Shown here piece by piece: positions 10,818-18,954 of a stretch of 64,000 nucleotides of DNA. Made by a program: the position numbers and the translations under genes. Source of the stretch: Fervidobacterium sp. (GTDB lineage Bacteria; Thermotogota; Thermotogae; Thermotogales; Fervidobacteriaceae); assembly GCA_049970055.1 (NCBI GenBank), contig JBMFNR010000001.1, positions 320,001-384,000 on the forward strand, given 5' to 3'. The notes beneath the pieces were generated by a model, which was given only the letters and a program-made list of their open reading frames with translations, made no database searches and had not been told where the DNA came from. Position 1 is the first letter of the stretch. The number at the start of each line of letters is the position of its first letter.

Positions 10818-11860
10818 TGCTTATTCACCTTCTTTTTGCTCAAAAGGCGAGCTAACCCTTCCCAACTAAATTCCCTTGTGCCAAATAGACCCTGCCTGAA
10901 GAATAATATTGTAATCATAAGTAATATCGAGAATATCAACATACGCATGCCAAGGATTCCGGGTATCTTTATTCCAAATATGTTCATTGGCATTTCAACA
11001 AATCTGAGAGCCTCCATCAAAAATGCAAATCCTATGGCAACTATAACACTACCGGTAATATTTCCAAGTCCACCAAGAAGTATTATGGTTATTATTTGGT
11101 ATGTGAAGAGAATACTAAAGGAATTTGGGTCAATAGTCATGAGTAAACTTCCAAGTAAGCCGCCAGCTATTCCAGCAAAAAATGCACCCACAACAAAGGC
11201 AAGAACTTTATGTTTGAACAAGTTTATACCAAGATTTTCTGCAGCTACTTCGTCGTCGCGTATTGCTTTTAAAGCCCTTCCATAAGAACTATCAACAATC
11301 CTCTTAATCACCACAACTGTAATTATTGCCCAACTAACCGTCCACCAAAGATTTGTATGAGTCGGCAAGCCCTTTAACCCAAGAGGACCGTTTGTAATAT
11401 TTTGAAGGTTATTAAAAAGCGATCTGATAATTTCAGAAAAACCGTACGTGACTATGGCAAGATAATCACCCTTAACTCTCAAACATGGTGCTCCAACTAT
11501 AAAACCAGCTAATGCTGCCATCAATCCACCAACAATAATGGCCCAGAAGAATGGTATCTGAATTTGGTCAAGAGGTGAGATTAGAGGCTCCATAAAGAAA
11601 TTTGATAATTTATTCTCAGGTGACATATAAAGCAAAGCTGATGTATAAGCTCCAATTGCCATGAAGCCAGCGTGACCAAGAGAGAACTGCCCTGTGAAAC
11701 CGTTAATAAGGTTTAAGCTAACCGCTAGGATAACGTATATAAATCCCGTGTTAAGTATCCTTTTTATGAATGGATCCATATACTTCTCAGCAAGACCTAC
11801 GAAAATGTATATTACAACTATGAAAAGAAGACTAAGTAAGATTCTTTTTTTTCTAATCAT
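10814..11860 (-). CDS. livM: HAAT ABC transporter permease
   Basis: GFTGQFSLGHAGFMAIGAY, GDYLAIVT, GRALKAIRDDEVAA, LGGLG. Confidence 0.95.
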   Translation of the reverse strand: MIRKKRILLSLLFIVVIYIFVGLAEKYMDPFIKRILNTGFIYVILAVSLNLINGFTGQFSLGHAGFMAIGAYTSALLYMSPENKLSNFFMEPLISPLDQIQIPFFWAIIVGGLMAALAGFIVGAPCLRVKGDYLAIVTYGFSEIIRSLFNNLQNITNGPLGLKGLPTHTNLWWTVSWAIITVVVIKRIVDSSYGRALKAIRDDEVAAENLGINLFKHKVLAFVVGAFFAGIAGGLLGSLLMTIDPNSFSILFTYQIITIILLGGLGNITGSVIVAIGFAFLMEALRFVEMPMNIFGIKIPGILGMRMLIFSILLMITILFFRQGLFGTREFSWEGLARLLSKKKVNKQ

Positions 11861-12750
11861 GCTTTTTCACCTGCCTCCTGACCAAAGAGGCCATTAGGTT
11901 TAAATATAAGCACAAGAACCAACAAGGCAAATATGAATGCTTCTCTGTACCCAGAATATTCTGGGAAAAATGCGGGTAAAAGAACAGTTAGCATTCCAAG
12001 TAAAAATCCTCCTATCAAGGCCCCCTTCAAACTACCAATACCACCAACAACAGCGGCAATAAAAGCTCGGCTGCCTGGATATTGACCCATGAATGGGAAT
12101 ATCTGAGGATAACGCAACGCCCAAAAAACGGCACTAACAGCGGCCAAAGCAGAACCGAGTGCAAATGTGAATGAAATGGTTTTATTAACATTTATTCCCA
12201 TGAGTCTCGCTGTGTCGAAGTCCCTTGAGAGTATTCGCATAGCAAGGCCTATTTTTGTCTTTTGTAAGATAAATGTTAACAAAATTACGAAGATAATCGA
12301 GAAGATTATTGTATAAATCGAAACTGCTTGCACCCGCACTTCACCGAAGATTAAGGTCTTTTTCATCAACTCAGGTACAGGAAAAGAGCGCTGTATTCCT
12401 CCAAACACAACTACAGCAAAGTTTTGGAGCAAAAAAGACATACCGATTGATGAAACAAGAGAATTAATTCTTGGGTATTTTCGAAGCGGCTTGTAAGCAA
12501 CTTTCTCTATTCCAACTCCAAGAAGTGATGTCAGCACTAAACCAATTATAACTGCACTTAGCCATGGTACTCCGAATATTAAAGAAGTATAAAACATAAA
12601 ATACGCAGCCATCATAAACACGTCACCATGAGCAAAATTAACAAGTTTAACAACGCCGTACACAAGAGCATAACCTACCGCGACAAGTCCAAAGACAAAC
12701 CCAAGAGAGATTGCATTGACCATATGCTGCATAAAAAGACTCCAATCCAT
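11857..12750 (-). CDS. livH: HAAT ABC transporter permease
   Basis: GYALVYG..VNFAHGD, TKIGLAMR, AFIAAVVGGIGS, KPNGLFG. Start set at ATG 12750 behind GGAGG. Confidence 0.95.
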   Translation of the reverse strand: MDWSLFMQHMVNAISLGFVFGLVAVGYALVYGVVKLVNFAHGDVFMMAAYFMFYTSLIFGVPWLSAVIIGLVLTSLLGVGIEKVAYKPLRKYPRINSLVSSIGMSFLLQNFAVVVFGGIQRSFPVPELMKKTLIFGEVRVQAVSIYTIIFSIIFVILLTFILQKTKIGLAMRILSRDFDTARLMGINVNKTISFTFALGSALAAVSAVFWALRYPQIFPFMGQYPGSRAFIAAVVGGIGSLKGALIGGFLLGMLTVLLPAFFPEYSGYREAFIFALLVLVLIFKPNGLFGQEAGEKA

Positions 12751-12824
12751 TACAACACCTCCAACTATCAAATTAACTAGGTACTAAACCTCTGTATTTT
12801 CTCGTTTATTAGCTCTGGTTTTAT

Positions 12825-12862
12825 AAAGTGTGGACTGTGAAATCCTCCACAGCCCACACTTT
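12825..12862 (-). terminator. Intercistronic stem-loop after the binding-protein genes
   Basis: Minus strand AAAGTGTGGGCTGTG-GAGGATTT-CACAGTCCACACTTT, a long stem with only a short U tail. Confidence 0.65.
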
Positions 12863-12876
12863 GAAATGGTAAGGTA

Positions 12877-14004
12877 TTAATCTCCCTTAATTACCGTAAC
12901 AAATTCAAATTTTCCGTTCTTTATAGTCTTTATAACAGCATCCTTTATAGCATCTCTGTTTTGATCGAATTTGATTCTCCCAGAAACTCCCACATAATCT
13001 GTCGTAAGTAGCGCTCTTCTTATATCTTCTGGGTTATCAGACTTTGCTCTTTGAATCGCATCTATAAGTACCATGTATGCATCGTAAGCAAGAGCTGGCA
13101 GATAACCAGGATCTTCGTTGTATTTCTTTCTGTACTTTTCAACAAATGGTACTGTCTTGTCTGATAACTTTGCTTTTGCATCAAACATTGTACTGTAATA
13201 CGCTCCTTCAACCGCACTTCCTCCAATTTCGATAAGTTGAGGCAAATCCCATGTGTCGCCACCAAGTAAAGGTTGTTTAAGACCTAATTCCCTTGCTTGT
13301 TTCGCTATCAAGGCTGCATCACCAACTATACCTGCCGGTATGAATATAACATCTGGATTTGCTTTTTTAACGGCTGTAAGCTGGGCTGTGAAGTCTTGGT
13401 CACCGCCTTGGTACGCTATGTATGTAACAACTGCTTTCGGATTCCCCGTGAGTTTTACAAATGCATCTCTGAAATAGTATGCAAGACCAACAGAATAGTC
13501 GTTTGAAACGTCGTATATTACTGCCGCCGTTTTTGCTTTCAAATATTGTACAGCAAATTTGGCCATAACCGTTCCTTGGAATGGATCGATGAAACATACC
13601 CTGAAAACATATGGTTTATCTTTTGTAACGAGAGGATTCGTGTTGGACGGAGCTATGTATACAACTTTATTTTTGTTCGCAATCTCTGCACCAGGAATAC
13701 CCAAAGCGCTTGAGTACGTCCCAAGAATAGCGGAAACTTTATACTGCTCGATGAGCCTTGTTACAACGTTTGCGGCCTCGATTTTATCGCTTTTGTTATC
13801 TAAAGTGATTAGTTTAATAGGTTTACCAAGGACACTTGGTACCTCCTCATAGGCCATTTCAATGCCTCTCAATCCGAGTTGACCGCCCATTGCGTAGTTT
13901 CCAGTTAATGGCTGTGTCACCCCAATCACAATTTCATTTGCTGCAAAGAGTGCTGATACCGAAAAAAGTAGTAAAATAACAACAAAATACATCTGTTTTT
14001 TCAT
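12877..14004 (-). CDS. HAAT (LivJ/LivK family) substrate-binding protein, copy 2
   Basis: Signal peptide, QPLTGNYA, DNKSDKIEAAN, YVFRVCFIDPFQG, DQDFTAQL. Confidence 0.93.
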   Translation of the reverse strand: MKKQMYFVVILLLFSVSALFAANEIVIGVTQPLTGNYAMGGQLGLRGIEMAYEEVPSVLGKPIKLITLDNKSDKIEAANVVTRLIEQYKVSAILGTYSSALGIPGAEIANKNKVVYIAPSNTNPLVTKDKPYVFRVCFIDPFQGTVMAKFAVQYLKAKTAAVIYDVSNDYSVGLAYYFRDAFVKLTGNPKAVVTYIAYQGGDQDFTAQLTAVKKANPDVIFIPAGIVGDAALIAKQARELGLKQPLLGGDTWDLPQLIEIGGSAVEGAYYSTMFDAKAKLSDKTVPFVEKYRKKYNEDPGYLPALAYDAYMVLIDAIQRAKSDNPEDIRRALLTTDYVGVSGRIKFDQNRDAIKDAVIKTIKNGKFEFVTVIKGD

Positions 14005-14056
14005 ACATTTTTCACCCCTTTATCAAAGTTTTTTATTTCATTATCTACGGTCGTAT

Positions 14057-15169
14057 TTACGGTTTGACAACTGTAACAAATTTAAATTCACCTTTTTCAA
14101 TTTTCTTCACAATAGCGTCCTTAATTGCGTCTCCATTTTCGTCCAGCGTAATTACACCTGTAGCCCCTTGGAACCCTTTTGTTACTGTCAATGCATTTTT
14201 GATGTCCTCCGGTTTCCAAGAATTTGCTCTTTTAATTGCATCAAGGATAAGCAAATATGCATCAAAGCCGAGCGCTGCGAATGCGTTTGGATCTTGGTTA
14301 TATTTCTTTCGATAAGCGTCGATAAATTTCTTAGTCATTTCTGTTGTCATCGCCTTTTCATCGAAATGCGTGCTAAAATATGCCCCTTCAGCTGCATCTC
14401 CAGCGACATCTATAATTTCAGGTACTTCCCACGTGTCCCCACCTAGGAAAATGGACTTAATACCTATTTCTCGCGCCTGTTTCATTATAAGTGCCGCATC
14501 ACCATAAGAACCAGCAGGTATGAATAGAACATCTGGATTTTTTGCTTTTGCAAGTGTGAGTTGAGCTGTGAAATCTTGGTCTCCACCTTGGTATGAAGCG
14601 AGACCAACCACAGATTTGCTGTTACCAGTGAACTCTATGAAAGCGTTTCTGAAGTAATGCGCAAGTCCAACTGAGTAGTCAGAAGAAATGTCTTGTATTA
14701 TGAAAGCGGTCTTTGCTTTCAACGTCTCAACTGCGAATTTTGCCATAACTCTACCTTGGAATGGATCGATGAAGCATACCCTGAAAACATATGGTTTGTC
14801 TTTTGTCACAAGAGGGTTAGTTGGAGAACACCCCACCATAGGTACCTTCATTTTGTTTGCTACTTCGCTTCCAGGTATAGCCAGCGAGCTACCATAGCTC
14901 CCTATAATCGCACTGACGTTGTATACCTGAATAAGACGTGTAACAGCATTCGCTGCTTCGACCTTGTCCGTTTTGTTGTCCAAGATAATCAGATCTACCT
15001 TTTGACCTAGGACATTTGGATAGAGTTCGTTTGCAAGTTTGATACCATTGACTGTTAGTTGTCCTCCGGCTGCGAATGCACCAGTTAGTGGTTCAAAAAC
15101 ACCTATCCTAATAGCCGAAAAGCTGAGTGTGACCATCAGTAGAAACACTATCAATAGATACTTCTTCAC
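14057..15169 (-). CDS. HAAT (LivJ/LivK family) substrate-binding protein, copy 1
   Basis: Signal peptide, EPLTGAFAAGG, DNKTDKVEAAN, YVFRVCFIDPFQG; clear paralog of the neighbouring gene. Confidence 0.93.
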   Translation of the reverse strand: MKKYLLIVFLLMVTLSFSAIRIGVFEPLTGAFAAGGQLTVNGIKLANELYPNVLGQKVDLIILDNKTDKVEAANAVTRLIQVYNVSAIIGSYGSSLAIPGSEVANKMKVPMVGCSPTNPLVTKDKPYVFRVCFIDPFQGRVMAKFAVETLKAKTAFIIQDISSDYSVGLAHYFRNAFIEFTGNSKSVVGLASYQGGDQDFTAQLTLAKAKNPDVLFIPAGSYGDAALIMKQAREIGIKSIFLGGDTWEVPEIIDVAGDAAEGAYFSTHFDEKAMTTEMTKKFIDAYRKKYNQDPNAFAALGFDAYLLILDAIKRANSWKPEDIKNALTVTKGFQGATGVITLDENGDAIKDAIVKKIEKGEFKFVTVVKP

Positions 15170-15520
15170 AGCGATCCCTCCCTTACCAAAAGTGTACTGC
15201 GCTAAGTAAAATAAACACTTAGAGAATTTTACAATGGGGACAATTTTTTTCGAATAACTATATCTTTCAAAACAGGGAAAAGTGTGTTTTTAAAGTTTTT
15301 TATTTGTAATAATGTGGAAGTTTTTTTAAATTTTATAACACACAATTCATTATTTCCAAGTGCATTTTTTAGTATTTTTTAGTAATTAAACCCTTTAATA
15401 AATGAATGTTTGCTTAGTACGGATACTATAGTATGATTTTCTCGTCATTTCATCTAATGTTATGTTTTAAAACGAAAAATCAACATAAGTAAGGTATTAT
15501 CAAATTTTGTCGGACAAGAT

Positions 15521-15550
15521 TTGAATGTCGACAAAAAGTTGTGATATAAT
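15521..15550 (+). promoter_or_regulatory. Probable promoter of the decayed pro operon
   Basis: TTGAAT-N18-TATAAT with extended -10 TG, about 48 bp upstream of ATG 15599. Confidence 0.55.
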
Positions 15551-15598
15551 ATACAAAAATTTAAGTTAATTCAAGTTACGGGTTTGGGAGTGGAGTGA

Positions 15599-16850
15599 AT
15601 GACGGAAGCGGAAGTTGTGTCCTTACTTGAAAATATGAAGAAAGCATCTCATCTTTTGTCAACACTGAACACTGAAACAAAGGACAATGTTATCTTATCA
15701 ATAGCTGAACAGCTTGATGTAATGCAAAATGAGATCTTGATTTAAAGTGAAAAAGATGTCAAGTTTGGCGATTGATTAAGGAGTAAAAAAATCCTTAATT
15801 GATAGACTAATTTTAAATGAAAAGTGGATCGATGAAATGATTTTAGTCTACGAGGTCGTTTCAAAGCTAAAAGATTTCGTAGGTGAAGTTGTTGATTTGT
15901 ACGTTAGAGGCGATGGCCTAACGATTTACAAAATCAGGGTGCCCATAGGTCCAATAGCTGTGATTTATGAATTACGACTAAATGTGACTGTAGAAGCTAC
16001 TGTTCTTGCGTTAAAATCAGGGAGCGCCATATTGTTAAAGGGAGGCTCAGATGCTATTAATTCAAACAAGGCTATAATCAAGGCTATAAATGGAGCATTG
16101 ATAAAAAACTCTTTACCTGAGAATTCTGTTGATCTTGTTGAATCTTCTGATAGAGCTGTTGTTGATATAATAATCAAGCAAAAAGATTTTATTGATTTGG
16201 TAGTGCCCCGTGGATGGAAGCCTTTGATAGATTACATAGTAAAAAACTCAACTGTTCCAGTTTTGGAAACAGATGCCGGTCTATGCCATATCTTTGTTGA
16301 CGAAAGTGCAAATATAGAAAAATTTCTTGAGGTTGTCGACAACGCGAAGACACAAAGGTCAGGAACTTGCAATGCTGTTGAAACCTTACTGGTACACGAA
16401 AATGTAACAGAAGTCTTTTTACCCAAATTGAAGGAGGTTTTCTAAAGAAAAGGTGTCAAGATAAGGAGTTGCGAAAGAACAAGACAGATTATCGAGTGCA
16501 AACCCGCCACAGAAGATGACTGGGGCACTGAATATCTCGATTTAATTATCTCAGTGAAGATTGTAAGTTCAATGGAGGAAGCTATAAGTCACATTAGAAA
16601 ATATTTTGCAGGTCATTCCGAAGCAATATTAACGGAAAACTACACGAACGCCATGAAGTTTTTTAAATCTATCGATTCTATGACGGTGTACGTCAATGCT
16701 TCAACAAGATTTACTGATGGTGGGCAGTTTGGAATGGGAGCAGAACTTGGTATTAGCACGCAAAAACTGCAGGCACGGGGTACTGTCGGACTTCGAGAGC
16801 TAACAAGTACGAAATTCATCGTGTTTGGCAACCACCACATTAGAAAGTAA
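15599..16850 (+). pseudogene. proA: Gamma-glutamyl phosphate reductase pseudogene
   Basis: ATG 15599 gives MTEAEVVSLLENMKKASHLL then a stop after 48 codons. Further stop and frameshift before SLIDRLIL, in-frame TAA at 16443. Eroded motifs [32 protein letters not shown]; intact [16 protein letters not shown]. Confidence 0.92.
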
Positions 16851-16881
16851 CAGTATATATGTTGAACGGAGGAAAGGAACA

Positions 16882-17597
16882 ATGGCAAAAATAGTAATTA
16901 AGGTGGGCAGCATTTTATTGGTTGGTAAAGATGGCGTAAGGAAAGATTACATTATAGAACTTGTTTCTACTGTCTCTAAACTTATTAACAATAACCACAA
17001 AGTTGCACTTGTAGCTTCTGGTGCCACAGCGAATAGTGTGTTAGATGAAAATGGTGATGTTATAAAAGAATATGGGCTTAAAGAATCAAAACCAATTTTA
17101 GCAAAAATAAGCAAAACTTCTTTTGGGACGGGTGGTATTGATTGAAAGATACAAGCAGGTATAATGGCATCTGAAAGCGGTGTAGATACATATATAATAA
17201 ATGGTAAAAAATTGGAAAACGTAATGAAAGTTCTAACTGGGGAAAATCCGGGAATAAAGTTTATATTACCTCATCAAAAAGGCTTTCCAAGAAGCTCTCT
17301 TGGTAAAAATATCTGAGTAAGTCCAAGGGTAAATCATACATCAATGATGGAGCGTATAATGCTATACTTAAAAGGAAAAGTTTTCTCCCTGTTGGTATAA
17401 CCAAAGTGGAAGGTAACTTCAACAGAGGAGAAGTGGTACTTATACTTTACAATGGTAAAATAGTTGGAAGAGGGATCAGTAACTACTCAAATGAAGAATT
17501 ATAAAAAGTTAAAGGTCTGAGAACTGCTGAGATACCGCCAGATTTATTGTACTATGAAAAAGTTATACATGCGGATAATTTAGTTTTGGAGGGTTAA
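16882..17597 (+). pseudogene. proB: Glutamate 5-kinase pseudogene
   Basis: KIVIKVGS...VASGA joins almost directly to ...SFGTGG (large internal deletion), then a stop at 17143. PUA-domain remnants follow (KSFLPVGITKVEGNFNRGE, VGRGISNYS, VIHADNLVL) with further stops. Confidence 0.9.
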
Positions 17598-17599
17598 CC

Positions 17600-18373
17600 A
17601 TGCGACTAGGCATCGTTAGTGTTGGGAACATTGGAAGCATGATACATGAGGTGTTAAACAAAAATGTCGAGCGTGAATTTTTTATATTTAACAGATCTAA
17701 TGATAAAATAAGAAAATACGAAGGTTTAGAAAATGTTAAGGTATGTTCATCTGTGCGGGAAGGTTTATGAATCTTCCGATTTTAAGTTTCTGTATGTAAA
17801 GCCACAGCAGACAAGTGCTGTTGAGCTTTCAAAGATTCAAGAAGTGGGTATCTTAGTAAGTACTGCCGCTGGAAAAAGTATCAAAGACATATCGTTGGCG
17901 ACTAATAAAGCTCGCGTGATAAGAATAATGCCTACGATCACTTCCAGAATTTCAATTGGTATAACTGCGGTATGCTATTCAGATACGATAAGTGAAAAAG
18001 AACGACATTTATTTGAAGAAGCTATGAAACCGCTTAGGGAACTTATGGAGCTTGAAGAGAAGAATTTTGATGCATTTACTGTTTTAAATAGTAGTGGTCC
18101 TGCATTTGTAGCGTTCGTACTCGAGAGTTTCATCAAGGGGGCAAATAAATATCGGCGTTAACCCAGATTACGCGAGGGATATTGTTTTAAGGACTTTTGA
18201 GGGGTCAATAAAGTTACTAGAACACATAAATATGGAGCCATCAAGACTGAAATATCTCGTTTTATCTCCAGGTGATGTGACGATACGTGGCCTTTACGAA
18301 CTTGAGAAAAATGGCGTCCAAGGTGCTGTCATGTCTGCCATTTATGAAGCGTTTAAAAAGCCAGGAATTATGA
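17600..18373 (+). pseudogene. proC: Pyrroline-5-carboxylate reductase pseudogene
   Basis: MRLGIVSVGNIG (eroded GxGxxG), then in other frames VKPQ, STAAG, RIMP, SSGPAFV, SPGDVTIRGL. At least two frameshifts; native stop inferred at 18371-18373. Confidence 0.88.
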
Positions 18374-18404
18374 GAAATTGTGAGGAAGAGGAACTGAAGT
18401 TAAC

Positions 18405-18438
18405 ATCCCCCGCAATTCAATGCGGGGGATTTTTGTTT
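18405..18438 (+). repeat. 34-bp direct repeat, right copy; also terminator next to the ferritin-like gene stop
   Basis: Identical to 9287-9320; abuts the stop codon of the gene at 18439-18921. Confidence 0.95.
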
Positions 18439-18921
18439 TCAAAATGGATAAAAGCCTAATTCGAGGTGATTTTTCTCGATGAGATAACTTATTTGTTCTT
18501 CTATTATTTTTTTGTGACCTTCTTCCCACTTTTCTAATGTTGTCAAGATTTCTTTCACTTTTTCATTTTTTTCATTCGATGCAGCCTTTGCGTAAAATTC
18601 CATAAAATCTTTCTCTATTAAGTATGCCATTCTTAGTACTGATATATCAGCGATATCATCTTCCATAGTTGTCTCTGAAACTTTTTGCCCTTCGTATCGA
18701 TCTTTAAAGAACTTTACATCCTGAGTTGGTGGCTGTATTTCCTTACCTTCTTGCAATAACTTCATAAGATTTCTGATAAATTCTGTATGTTCTTTTTCCA
18801 TCTGGGCAAGATATTCAAATATATCGGCTACGGTTTTATTCTTTACCTCGTTCTTCTTCTGAGTATAAAATTTGTATCCCTCGATCTCAAAATTTTCCGC
18901 TAATTTCAATACATCGTACAT
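18439..18921 (-). CDS. Ferritin-like / rubrerythrin family protein (no rubredoxin domain)
   Basis: Duplicated diiron motifs E..G..FY / EKEH and EKD...FY / EEGH. Confidence 0.85.
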   Translation of the reverse strand: MYDVLKLAENFEIEGYKFYTQKKNEVKNKTVADIFEYLAQMEKEHTEFIRNLMKLLQEGKEIQPPTQDVKFFKDRYEGQKVSETTMEDDIADISVLRMAYLIEKDFMEFYAKAASNEKNEKVKEILTTLEKWEEGHKKIIEEQISYLIEKNHLELGFYPF

Positions 18922-18954
18922 ATAATCACCTCCTAATTGGTAGTTGTAATGAAC

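Noticed and set aside
15170..15598. T-box or amino-acid riboswitch controlling liv or pro
   Set aside because: Very AT-rich, with no T-box motif or terminator/antiterminator hairpin visible on either strand.
15599..18373. Sequencing error or programmed recoding explaining the broken pro genes
   Set aside because: Lesions are of many kinds (nonsense, frameshift, large deletion, motif-destroying missense) and confined to these three genes.
18232..18459. 75-aa ORF as an independent gene
   Set aside because: It is the ProC C-terminal fragment running on through the terminator repeat into the ferritin-like gene.
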